Shown in pieces: positions 15,001 to 26,802 of a DNA stretch of 64,000 bases; the stretch's first letter is position 1, and each line of letters opens with the position of its first letter. A program made the position numbers and the translations under genes. Source of the stretch: Heptranchias perlo (Eukaryota); the NCBI RefSeq assembly GCF_035084215.1, contig NW_027139176.1:558001-622000 (forward strand), read 5' to 3'. The notes beneath the pieces were generated by a model that did not search any database, was not told where the DNA came from, and was given only the letters and a program-made list of their open reading frames with translations.

Positions 15001-18000
15001 TATGTAATTGGAGGGGGAAGGAGTTTCAGTATGTAATTGGAGGGGGAAGGAGTTTCAGTATGTAATTGGAGGGGGAAGGAGTTTCAGTATCTAATTGGAG
15101 GGGGAAGGAGTTTCAGTATGTAATTGGAGGGGGAAGGAGTTTCAGTATGTAATTGGAGGGGGAAGGAGTTTCAGTATGTAATTGGAGGGGGAAGGAGTTT
15201 CAGTATGTAATTGGAGGGGGAAGGAGTTTCAGTATGTAATTGGAGGGGGAAGGAGTTTCAGTATGTAATTGGAGGGGGAAGGAGTTTCAGTATGTAATTG
15301 GAGGGGGAAGGAGTTTCAGTATCTAATTGGAGGGGGAAGGAGTTTCAGTATGTAATTGTAGGGGGAAGGAGTTTCAGTATCTAATTGGAGGGGGAAGGAG
15401 TTTCAGTATGTAATTGGAGGGGGAAGGAGTTTCAGTATGTAATTGGAGGGGGAAGGAGTTTCAGTATCTAATTGGAGGGGGAAGGAGTGTCAGTATCTAA
15501 TTGGAGGGGGAAGGAGTGTCAGTATGTAATTGGAGGGGGAAGGAGTTTCAGTATCTAATTGGAGGGGGAAGGAGTTTCAGTATGTAATTGGAGGGGGAAG
15601 GAGTTTCAGTATCTAATTGGAGGTGGAAGGAGTTTCAGTATGTAATTGGAGGGGGAAGGAGTTTCAGTATCTAATTGGAGGGGGAAGGAGTTTCAGTATG
15701 TAATTGGAGGGGGAAGGAGTTTCAGTATGTAATTGGAGGGGGAAGGAGTTTCAGTATCTAATTGGAGGGGGAAGGAGTGTCAGTATCTAATTGGAGGGGG
15801 AAGGAGTGTCAGTATGTAATTGGAGGGGGAAGGAGTTTCAGTATCTAATTGGAGGGGGAAGGAGTTTCAGTATGTAATTGGAGGGGGAAGGAGTTTCAGT
15901 ATCTAATTGGAGGGGGAAGGAGTTTCAGTATGTACTTGGAGGGGGAAGGAGTTTCAGTATCGAATTGGAGGGGGAAGGAGTTTCAGTATCTAATTGGAGG
16001 GGGAAGGAGTTTCAGTATGTAATTGGAGGGGGAAGGAGTTTCAGTATCTAATTGGAGGGGGAAGGAGTTTCAGTATGTAATTGGAGGGGGAAGGAGTTTC
16101 AGTATCTAATTGGAGGGGGAAGGAGTTTCAGTATGTTATTGGAGGGGGAAGGAGTTTCAGTATCTAATTGGAGAGGGAAGGAGTTTCAGTATGTAATTGG
16201 AGGGGGAAGGAGTTTCAGTATCTAATTGGAGGGGGAAGGAGTTTCAGTATGTAATTGGAGGGGGAAGGAGTTTCAGTATCTAATGGGAGGGGGAAGGAGT
16301 TTCAGTATCTAATTGGAGGGGGAAGGAGTTTCAGTATCTAATTGGAGGGGGAAGGAGTTTCAGTATGTAATTGGAGGGGGAAGGAGTTTCAGTATCTAAT
16401 TGGAGGGGGAAGGAGTTTCAGTATCTAATTGGAGGGGGAAGGAGTTTCAGTATGTAATTGGAGAGGGAAGGAGTTTCAGTATGTAATTGGAGGGGGAAGG
16501 AGTTTCAGTATCTAATTGGAGGGGGAAGGAGTTTCAGTATGTAATTGGAGGGGGAAGGAGTTTCAGTATCTAATTGGAGGGGGAAGGAGTTTCAGTATGT
16601 AATTGGAGGGGGAAGGAGTTTCAGTATCTAATTGGAGGGGGAAGGAGTTTCAGTATCTAATTGGAGGGGGAAGGAGTTTCAGTATGTAATTGGAGGGGGA
16701 AGGAGTTTCAGTATGTAATTGGAGGGGGAAGGAGTTTCAGTATGTAATTGGAGGGGGAAGGAGTTTCAGTATGTAATTGGAGGGGGAAGGAGTTTCAGTA
16801 TCTAATTGGAGGGGGAAGGAGTTTCAGTATCTAATTGGAGGGGGAAGGAGTTTCAGTATCTAATTGGAGGGGGAAGGAGTTTCAGTATCTAATTGGAGGG
16901 GGAAGGAGTTTCAGTATGCAATTGGAGGGGGAAGGAGTTTCAGTATCTAATTGGAGGGGGAAGGAGTTTCAGTCTGTAATTGGAGGGAGAAGGAGTTTCA
17001 GTATGTAATTGGAGGGGGAAGGAGTTTCAGTCTGTAATTGGAGGGGGAAGGAGTTTCAGTATGTAATTGGAGGGGGAAGGAGTTTCAGTCTGTAATTGGA
17101 GGGGGGGAAGGAGTTTCAGTCTGTAATTGTAGAGGGAAGGAGTTTCAGTATGTAATTGGAGGGGGAAGGAGTTTCAGTATGTAATTGGAGGGGGAAGGAG
17201 TTTCAGTATCTAATTGGAGGGGGAAGGAGTTTCAGTCTGTAATTGGAGGGGGAAGGAGTTTCAGTCTGTAATTGGAGGGGGAAGGAGTTTCAGTATGTAA
17301 TTGGAGGGGGAAGGAGTTTCAGTATCTAATTGGAGGGGGAAGGAGTTTCAGTATGTAATTGTAGGGAAGGTGAAGGAGTTTCAGTATGTAATTGGAGGGG
17401 GAAGGAGTGTCAGTATGTAATTGTAGGGAAGGTGAAGGAGTTTCAGTATGTAATTGTAGGGGGAAGGAGTTTCAGTATGTAATTGTAGGGAAGGTGAAGG
17501 AGTTTCAGTATGTAATTGGAGGGGGAAGGAGTGTCAGTATGTAATTGTAGGGAAGGTGAAGGAGTTTCAGTATGTAATTGGAGGGGGAAGGAGTGTCAGT
17601 ATGTAATTGTAGGGAAGGTGAAGGAGTTTCAGTATGTAATTGTAGGGGGAAGGAGTTTCAGTATGTAATTGTAGGGAAGGTGAAGGAGTTTCAGTATGTA
17701 ATTGTAGGGGGAAGGAGTTTCAGTATGTAATTGGAGGGGGAAGGAGTTTCAGTATGTAATTGGTGGGGGAAGGAGTTTCAGTATGTAATTGGAGGGGGAA
17801 GGAGTTTCAGTATCTAATTGGAGGGGGAAGGAGTGTCAGTTTGTAATTGGAGGGGGAAGGAGTTTCAGTGTGTAATTGTAGGGAACGTGAAGGAGTTTCA
17901 GTCTGTAATTGTAGGGAAGGTGAAGGAGTTTCATTCTGTAATTGTAGGGAAGGTGAAGGAGTTTCAGTCTGTAATTGTAGGGAAGGTGAAGGAGTTTCAG

Positions 18001-18404
18001 TGTGTAATTGTAGGGAAGGTGAAGGAGTTTCAGTATGTAATTGGAGGGGGAAGGAGTTTCAGTCTGTAATTGTAGGGAAGGTGAAGGAGTTTCAGTATGT
18101 AATTGTAGGGAAGGTGAAGGAGTTTCAGTCTGTAATTGTAGGGAAGGTGAAGGAGTTTCAGTCTGTAATTGTAGGGAAGGTGAAGGAGTTTCAGTCTGTA
18201 ATTGTAGGGAAGGTGAAGGAGTTTCAGTCTGTAATTGTAGGGAAGGTGAAGGAGTGTCAGTCTGTAATTGTAGGGAAGGTGAAGGAGTTTCAGTCTGTAA
18301 TTGTAGGGAAGGTGAAGGAGTTTCAGTCTGTAATTGTAGGGAAGGTGAAGGAGTTTCAGTCTGTAATTGTAGGGAATGTGAAGGAGTTTCAGTATGTAAT
18401 TGGA
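1..18404. repeat. G-rich tandem satellite: 29-bp unit GGAGGGGGAAGGAGTTTCAGTAT(G/C)TAATT with interspersed 33-bp variant GTAGGGAAGGTGAAGGAGTTTCAGT(A/C)TGTAATT; continues off the left edge
   Basis: Unit read directly; roughly 630 copies from length/unit; 33-bp variant dominates after about 17350. Confidence 0.99.
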
Positions 18405-18513
18405 CGGAGGGTGTAACATCTTGCTTTTATGCCCGATTTAGAATAAAACCAAGAAATTCTGAATTCCCAAAATGCAAAACCATTTGGAAATCAAATGTCT
18501 TTCTTAGCCTAAC

Positions 18514-19015
18514 GGTGCAAAGAAGGTTCACTGGATTGATTCCTGGGATGAGAGCGTTGTCCTTTGAGGAGAGATTGAGTATAATGGGCCGATACTCTCT
18601 GGAGTTTAGAAGAATGAGAGGTGATCTCATTGAAACATATAAGGTTGTCAGAGTGCTTGACAGGTTCGATGCTGAGAGATTGTTTCCCCGGACTGGAGGG
18701 TCTAGAACTAATGGGCATAGTCCCAGGATAAGGAGTCGGCCATTTGGGACTCAGATGAGGAGGAATTTCTTCTCTCAGATGGTTCTGAATCTTTGGAATT
18801 CTCTACCCCCGAGCGCTGTGAATGCTCAGTCATTGGATATATTCAAGGCTGAGATCGATAGATTTTTGGACTCTATGGGAATAGAGGGATATGGGGATCA
18901 GGCAGGAAGAGGAGTTGAGGTCGGAGATCAGCCATGATCTTATTGAATTGCAGAGTAGGCTCGAGGGGCCTTATGGCCTACTCCTGCTCCTATTTTCTAT
19001 TTTCTTATGTTCTTA
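18514..19015 (+). mobile_element. 5'-truncated CR1-type LINE, ORF2 C-terminus and 3' tail
   Basis: VQRRFTGLIPG...RMRGDLIETYK...RNFFSQ..WNSLP motifs; GGCC...TGGCCTACTCCTGCTCC tail ending in TTCTTATG repeats. Confidence 0.9.
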
Positions 19016-19145
19016 ACCCCATAGCAAAAGTTAATATACCCATGGTTTGCTCAAGCTTGCCGGTAAGATTCCAAGTATTTTGATGGCTACTGTTGCAGTG
19101 TAGCGTGGTTTTCTCTTGCAAACAGTTCATCTAGTTGCAAGAGAA

Positions 19146-19791
19146 AGAAGGCATACGGGATACTTCCCTTTATTAGCAGAGGCATAGAATATGAGAAGGG
19201 AGGTTATGCTATAAATGTATAAAACACCAGTTAGGCCACAGCTTGAGTGCTGTGCACAGTTCTGGTCACCACATTACAGGAAAGATATGATTGCACTAGA
19301 GAGGGTACAGAAGAGATTTATGAGGATGTTGCCAGGACTGGAGAATTTTAGCTATGAGGAAAGATTGGATAGGCTGGGGTTGTTTTCTTTGGAACAGAGG
19401 AGGCTGAGGGGAGATTTAATTGAGGTGTATAAAATTATGAGGGGCCTAGATAGAGTGGATAGGGAGGACCTATTTCCCTTAGCAGAGAGGTCAATACGCA
19501 GGGGACATAGATTTAAAGTGATTGGTAAAAGGATTAGAGGGGAGCTGAGGAGAATATTTTTCACCCAGAGGGTGGTGGGTTCTGGAACTCACTGCCTGAG
19601 AGGGTGGGAGAGGCAGAAACCCTCAACTCATTTAAAAAGTACCTGGATGTGCACTTGAAGTCAGTAACCTGCAGGGCTACGGATCAAGTGCTGGAAAGTG
19701 GGATTAGGCTGGGTGGCTCTTTTCCGGCCGGCACGGATACGGTGGGCCGAATGGCCTCCTCCTGTGGTCTAACTTTCTATGATTCTATGAT
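19146..19791 (+). mobile_element. 5'-truncated CR1-type LINE
   Basis: YKTPVRPQLECCAQFWSPHYRKD...RLRGDLIEVYK; tail GGGCCGAATGGCC...(TTCTATGA)n. Confidence 0.92.
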
Positions 19792-19834
19792 CTGACAGAA
19801 TGAAATATTTCAAAGTGTTGAAGTGGCATTGATA

Positions 19835-19940
19835 TCCCATAAACAGCAGTGAGATTAGTGACCATAAGAAGTGTTTTCAGTGGTGTTGGTAGAGAGACGA
19901 ATGTTGACCGGGCCGCTGGAGGAATTCCTCCCTCTTTTTC
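19835..19940 (+). mobile_element. DeuSINE (SacSINE1/AmnSINE1-like) Deu-domain relic
   Basis: CCCATAAACAGCAGTGAGATTAGTGACCA...GTGTTGGTAGAGAGACGAATGTTGACCGG resembles the Deu-domain as I recall it (CCCACAAACAGCAATGTGATAATGACCAG...GTTGGTTGAGGGATAAATATTGGCCAGG); recognised from memory, not aligned. Confidence 0.5.
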
Positions 19941-20239
19941 TAACTCAACCTTGGACCCTCTCCGTTTTCCTCCTTTTGCTTCTTGCGGCTCTGGTGTTAA
20001 GTTTGTTCCCTCTTTAGTTACTGACACACCGACCAGTGGAGATAATTTGTGCCCCGACTTATCTCACGAAAGCCCGGCATAATTGTGAACACTGATCGAG
20101 TGAGATGGCTCCCAATCTCTTCCCATCCATGGTAACATCTTCCTGAGACTCTTCTGTACTCTCCTAACCCTGACCTTGGCCTACTCCCTAGAGTAGGAGG
20201 CGAAAGTGGATTCAACATAAAAATGACATTAAGCTTTTT

Positions 20240-20378
20240 TAAAATTCATTCATGGGATGTGGGCGTCTCTGGCAAGGCCGGCATTTATTGCCCATCCCTA
20301 ATTGCCCTTGAGAAGGTGGTGGTGAGCCGCCTTCTTGGACCGCTGCAGTCTGTGTGGTGACGGTACTCCCACAGTGCT
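20240..20378 (-). mobile_element. 3' tail of a second non-LTR LINE family (family B)
   Basis: Reverse complement of the tail at about 35945-36080 and 51577-51712 (CCACCACCTTCTCAAGGGCAATTAGGGATGGGCAATAAATGCC). Confidence 0.85.
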
Positions 20379-20394
20379 AATTTTGAAATACAGA

Positions 20395-21890
20395 TTACTC
20401 TCACCATCCTGGTCTGTTGAGGGAAGGAATGGTAGAGATAGCGGAGGCTCTGGCCACAATCTTAGAACCCACTTTAGAGATGGGAGTGGTACCAGTGTTA
20501 CACCCCTGTTCAAAAAGGGGGAGAGGGATAAACCCGGAAACCATAGGCCAGTCAGCCAGTGGTGGGGAAACTTTTAGAGGCAATAATCCGGGGCAGCATT
20601 AATTGTCATTTGGAAAAACACGGGTTAATCAGTGAAAGACAGTACGGATTTGTTGAACGCAAATCATGTTTAACTAACTTGATTGAGTTCTTTGGTGAAG
20701 TAACCGAGAGGGTTGATGAGGGGAGTGCGGTTGATGTTGTGTATATGGGTTTTCAAAAGGCATTTGATAAAGTGCCACATAATAGGCTTGTTATTAAAAT
20801 TAAAACCCATGGGATTAAAGGGGAGTGGCAGGATGGATACAAAATGACTAAGGGACAGAAAGCAGTGAGTAGTGGTGAACGGTTATTTTTCAGACAGGAG
20901 GGAAGGACACAGTGGTGTTCCCCAGGGGTCAGTATTAAGACCACTGCTCGTTTAGCTATATATTAACGACCTGGACTTGGATTTGGAGGGTATAATTTCA
21001 AAGTTTACAGATGATACAAAACTCGGGAATGTAGTAAACAATGTGGAGGATAGTAACAGACTTCAGGAGGACAGAGACTGGTGAAATGGGCGGACACATG
21101 GCAGATGAAATTTAAAACAGTGAAGTATGAAGTGATGCATTTGGAAGGAAAAATGAGGTGAGGCAATATAAACTAAATGGTACGATTTTAAAGTGGGTTC
21201 AGGAACAGAGAGGTTTACATACAGAAATCCTTGAAGGTGGCAGGCCAAGTTGATAAAGGCTGTTCAAAAAGACAGACGGGCTCCATGGCTTTATAAATAG
21301 AGGCACAGAGTACAAAAGCAAGGAAGTTATGCTAAACCTTTATAAAACACTGGTTAGGCGTCAGCTGGAGGATTGTGTCCAATTCTGGGCACCGTACTTT
21401 AGGAAGGATGTCAAGGCCTTAGGGAGGGTGCAGAGGAGATTTACTAGAATTGTACCAGGAATGAGGGAGTTCAGTTACGTGGAGAGACTGGAGAAGCTGG
21501 GACTGTTCTCCTTAGAACAGGGAAGGTTAAGTGGAGATTTAATTGAGGTGTTCAAAATCACGAGGGGTTTTGAAAGAGTAAATAAGGAGAAACTGTTTCC
21601 AGTGGCAGAAGGGTTGGTAACCAGAGGACACAGATTTAAGGTAATTGGCAAAAGATCCAGAGGTGAGCTGAGTTGTTCTGATCTGGAATGCGCTGTTTGA
21701 AAGGGTGTTGGAAGCAGATGCAATATTAACTTTCAAAAGGGAATTAGATAAATACTTGAAGGGGAGAAATTTGCAGGGCGATGGGGAAAGAGCAGGGGAG
21801 TGGAGCTAATTGAATGGATCTTTCAAAGAGCCAGCACAGGCAGGATGGGCCGAATTGCCTCCTTCTGTGCTTTACGATGTTATGATTCTA
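20395..21890 (+). mobile_element. Decayed CR1-type LINE, RT domain to 3' tail
   Basis: KSCLTNLIEFF, FQKAFDKVPH, disrupted FTDDTK region, YKTLVR..L...VQFWAP; frameshifted. Confidence 0.92.
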
Positions 21891-22169
21891 GGATAAGTTT
21901 TAGAAAATGATAAACGGGATAAATGAACAATACGTAACGAGCTCAATGTTCACATTAATCAGTAGAGATAACCTATAGTGAAGCAAATTACACAGACGGA
22001 AGGAATTAAATAGCGAGATACATAAAAAAATGTAGCTGAGGCAGAGCCCGTGAGGCGGCTGTATGGCCGCAGACAGTCAGTCCGGTGGAATAAATTCCGT
22101 ATCATCTCCAGAGGAAGATTTGACAGATCAAAATTGGCCAGTATCGGAATCATAAACGCATAAATATGT

Positions 22170-22265
22170 CCCACCAGCAGCACCGAGATTTGTTGGTTGA
22201 GGGAGAAATGTTGGCAAAGAAACATGGAAAATTCGGGATCTTCAAATAATATCAGGGGATTTTAA
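22170..22265 (+). mobile_element. Second Deu-domain-like SINE relic
   Basis: GTTGGTTGAGGGAGAAATGTTGGC...TCTTCAAATAATATCAGGGGATTTT resembles the same recalled consensus. Confidence 0.4.
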
Positions 22266-22344
22266 GATACGGCGGGACCGTTATAATCAGAGGAGTGGCG
22301 AAAGTTTCGGAATGAAGATTGGACCCACTCAGAGGCCCCTCATA

Positions 22345-23584
22345 TTTCTTTGATGAAGTAACGGAGAGGGTTGATGAGGGAGTGCGGTTGATGTTGTGTA
22401 TATGAACTTTCAAAAGTCATTTGATAAAGTACCACATAATAGACTTGTTCGCAAAATTAAAACCCATGGGATTAAAGGGGAAGTGGCAGGTAGATACAAA
22501 TTAGGCCCAGGGACAGAAAGCAGAGAGTGGTGGTGAACGGTTGTTTTTCAGACTGGAGGGAAGTATACAGTGGTGTCCTCCAGAGGTTGGTATTGGGACC
22601 ACTGCTCTTTTTGATATATTAATGACCTGGACTTGAGTATAGAGGGTATAATTTCAAAGTTTAGTGATGACACAAAACTCAGGAATGTAGTAAACAATGT
22701 GGAGGACAGTAACAGACTTCAGGAAGACAAAGACAGACTGGTGAAATGGGCAGAACACGTGGCAGATGAAATTTATCGCAGAGAGGAACAGAGACACCTG
22801 GGGATGTATGTACACAAATCTCTCAAGGTGGCAGGACACGTTGAGAAGGTTGTTGAAAAACGTTTGCGGGATCCTGGGCTTTATTAATAGAGACCTAGAG
22901 AACAAAAGCAAGGAAGTTATTCTAAATCTTTATAAAACACTGGTTCGGCCTCAATCGGATAATTGTCTCCAATTCTGGGCACTCCACCGTAGGAAGGATG
23001 TCAGGGCCTTAGAGAGGGTGCAGATGAGATTTACTCGATTGATTCCGGGGATGAGGGACCTCAGTTATGTGGAGAGACTGGAGAAGCTGGGATAGTTCTC
23101 CTTAGAGCAGAGAAAGTTAAGGGGAGATTTAATAGAAATGTTCAAAGTCATGAAGGGTTTTGATAAAGTAAATAATGAGAAACTGTTTCCAGTGGCAGAC
23201 GGGTCGGTAACCAGAGGACACAGATTTAAGGTGATCGGCAAAAGAAGCAGAGGGGAGATGAGGAAACATTTTTTTACGCAACGAGTTATAATGATCTGGA
23301 ATGTACTGCCTGAAAGGGCGGAGGAAGCACGTTCAATAATAACTTTCAAAAGGTAATTGGATGAATACTTGAAGGGAAAAAATTACAGGGCAACTGGGAA
23401 AGAGCGGTTTATTCTTTCGTTCCTTTCCGGCGGTTTAATACAACTGAGTGTGTTGCTCGGTCAATTCAGAGAACAGTTAAGATTAAGACTAATTGGATAC
23501 TTCTTACAAAGAGCCGGCAAGGACACGATGGGCCGAACGATCTCCATCTGTGCTGCAACATAATACAATACTGTGATTCTATGA
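22345..23584 (+). mobile_element. Decayed CR1-type LINE, same subfamily as 20395-21890
   Basis: Near-identical RT stretch (GAGAGGGTTGATGAGGG.AGTGCGGTTGATGTTGTGTATATG); FSDDTK; tail GATTCTATGA. Confidence 0.9.
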
Positions 23585-23585
23585 A

Positions 23586-23757
23586 TTGTGATGGAGCAGT
23601 CTGGGACGTTGGCTGAAAGATATGATTCTGTGAGTATGACTATATCAGGCTGTTGCTTGACTAGTCTGTGGGACAGCTCTCCCAACTTTGGCACAAGTCC
23701 CCAGACGTTGGTGAGCAGGACTTTGCAGGGTTGACTGGCTGGGTCTGCCTTTGTCGT
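23586..23757 (-). mobile_element. LINE fragment encoding the N-terminus of an APE endonuclease
   Basis: KVLLTNVWGLVPKLGELSHRLVKQQPDIVILTESYL matches the APE N-terminal pattern (NxxG...DIxxLxE). Confidence 0.75.
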
Positions 23758-24039
23758 ATCCTGATTCAATGTTGGGTCTCAAACCAATGGTCCGTCTGAT
23801 TTATTTTTTTGTTCTTTTGTCGCGGTTTGATACAACTGAGTGGATTGCTCGGCCAATTCAGGGGACAATTAAAGGTCAATCCCGTTGGTTTGGGTTTGAA
23901 GTCATATATAGTCCAGATCAGGTGATGGCAGCAGGTTTCCTTCCCTAAAGGACACACCGTTTCCCTTTAAAAAGAAGTAACATCCAGTTATGTCCATTCC
24001 ATTGCGTCAAAAACGAGAGTAAAATCGACTGCATTGTTC

Positions 24040-26765
24040 ATTAAATGACTGTAACTAACATTAATGGTGATGTTACAGAATCTGTTTATTCAATGACTGT
24101 AACTAACATTAATGGTGATGTTACAGAATCTGTTTATTCAATGACTGTAACTAACATTAATGGTGATGTTACAGAATCTGTGTATTCAATGACTGTAACT
24201 AACATTAATGGTGATGTTACAGAATCTGTGTATTCAATGACTGTAACTAACATTAATGGTGATGTTACAGAATCTGTTCATTCAGTGACTGTAACTAACA
24301 TTAATGGTGATGTTACAGAATCTGTTCATTCAGTGACTGTAACTAACATTAATGGTGATGTTACAGAATCTGTTCATTCAGTGACTGTAACTAACATTAA
24401 TGGTGATGTTACAGAATGTGTTTGTTCAATGACTGTAACTAACATTAATGGTGATGTTACAGAATCTGTTCATTCAGTGACTGTAACTAACATTAATGGT
24501 GATGTTACAGAATGTGTTTGTTCAATGACTGTAACTAACATTAATGGTGATGTTACAGAATCTGTTCATTCAGTGACTGTAACTAACATTAATGGTGATG
24601 TTACAGAATCTGTTCATTCAGTGACTGTAACTAACATTAATGGTGATGTTACAGAATGTGTTTGTTCAATGACTGTAACTAACATTAATGGTGATGTTAC
24701 AGAATCTGTTTATTCAATGACTGTAACTAACATTAATGGTGATGTTACAGAATCTGTTTATTCAATGACTGTAACTAACATTAATGGTGATGTTACAGAA
24801 TCTGTTTATTCAATGACTGTAACTAACATTAATGGTGATGTTACAGAATCTGTGTATTCAATGACTGTAACTAACATTAATGGTGATGTTACAGAATCTG
24901 TGTATTCAATGACTGTAACTAACATTAATGGTGATGTTACAGAATCTGTTCATTCAGTGACTGTAACTAACATTAATGGTGATGTTACAGAATCTGTTCA
25001 TTCAGTGACTGTAACTAACATTAATGGTGATGTTACAGAATCTGTTCATTCAGTGACTGTAACTAACATTAATGGTGATGTTACAGAATGTGTTTGTTCA
25101 ATGACTGTAACTAACATTAATGGTGATGTTACAGAATCTGTTCATTCAGTGACTGTAACTAACATTAATGGTGATGTTACAGAATGTGTTTGTTCAATGA
25201 CTGTAACTAACATTAATGGTGATGTTACAGAATCTGTTCATTCAGTGACTGTAACTAACATTAATGGTGATGTTACAGAATCTGTTCATTCAGTGACTGT
25301 AACTAACATTAATGGTGATGTTACAGAATGTGTTTGTTCAATGACTGTAACTAACATTAATGGTGATGTTACAGAATCTGTTTATTCAATGACTGTAACT
25401 AACATTAATGGTGATGTTACAGAATCTGTTTATTCAATGACTGTAACTAACATTAATGGTGATGTTACAGAATCTGTTTATTCAATGACTGTAACTAACA
25501 TTAATGGTGATGTTACAGAATCTGTGTATTCAATGACTGTAACTAACATTAATGGTGATGTTACAGAATCTGTGTATTCAATGACTGTAACTAACATTAA
25601 TGGTGATGTTACAGAATCTGTTCATTCAGTGACTGTAACTAACATTAATGGTGATGTTACAGAATCTGTTCATTCAGTGACTGTAACTAACATTAATGGT
25701 GATGTTACAGAATCTGTTCATTCAGTGACTGTAACTAACATTAATGGTGATGTTACAGAATGTGTTTGTTCAATGACTGTAACTAACATTAATGGTGATG
25801 TTACAGAATCTGTTTGTTCAATGACTGTAACTAACATTAATGGTGATGTTACAGAATCTGTTCATTCAGTGACTGTAACTAACATTAATGATGAAGTTAC
25901 AGAATGTGTTTGTTCAATGACTGTAACTAACATTAATGGTGATGTTACAGAATCTGTTCATTCAGTGACTGTAATTAACATTAATGGTGATGTTACAGAA
26001 TCTGTTCATTCAGTGACTGTAACTAACATTAATGGTGATGTTACAGAATCTGTTCATTCAGTGACTGTAATTAACATTAATGGTGATGTTACAGAATCTG
26101 TTCATTCAGTGACTGTAACTAACATTAATGGTGATGTTACAGAATCTGTTCATTCAGTGACTGTAACTAACATTAATGGTGATGTTACAGAATCTGTTTA
26201 TTCAGTGACTGTAACTAACATTAATGGTGATGTTACAGAATCTGTTTATTCAGTGACTGTAACTAACATTAATGGTGATGTTACAGAATCTGTTCATTCA
26301 GTGACTGTAACTAACATTAATGGTGATGTTACAGAATCTGTTTATTCAGTGACTGTAACTAACATTAATGGTGATGTTACAGAATCTGTTCATTCAATGA
26401 CTGTAACTAACATTAATGGTGATGTTACAGAATCTGTTTATTCAGAGACTGTAACTAACATTAATGGTGATGTTACAGAATCTGTTTATTCAATGACTGT
26501 AACTAACATTAATGGTGATGTTACAGAATCTGTTTATTCAATGACTGTAACTAACATTAATGGTGATGTTACAGAATCTGTTTATTCAATGACTGTAACT
26601 AACATTAATGGTGATGTTACAGAATCTGTTTATTCAATGACTGTAACTAACATTAATGGTGATGTTACAGAATCTGTTTATTCAGTGACTGTAACTAACA
26701 TTAATGGTGATGTTACAGAATGTGTTTGTTCAATGACTGTAACTAACATTAATGGTGATGTAACC
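24040..26765. repeat. 48-bp minisatellite ATGACTGTAACTAACATTAATGGTGATGTTACAGAATCTGTTTATTCA, about 57 copies
   Basis: Unit read directly; stop-free in one frame, which explains the 907-aa ORF. Confidence 0.99.
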
Positions 26766-26802
26766 TAATTGTCTCTCTGGGGGTTAACATCAGGTATAAG
26801 AA
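26764..26802 (+). promoter_or_regulatory. Candidate core promoter of the GPCR: TATA-like TATAAGAA (26795-26802) preceded by CTAATTG and TCTCTGGGGG
   Basis: TATA-like element 76 bp upstream of the exon 1 ATG; similar spacing in the paralogous exon at 44904. Confidence 0.55.

Noticed and set aside
4444-18937. EGEGVSVCNW / VGKVKEFQ ORFs and the 298-aa ORF at 18041
   Set aside because: Chance stop-free runs in the satellite with non-ATG starts; the last one simply reads into a CR1 fragment
21959-22225. 88-aa minus-strand ORF with hydrophobic patches
   Set aside because: No recognisable motif, overlaps a SINE-like relic, no clear splice context
24045-26768. 907-aa ORF of MTVTNINGDVTESVYS repeats
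   Set aside because: Translation of a 48-bp minisatellite (a multiple of 3); no unique N- or C-terminus; it ends in the GPCR promoter
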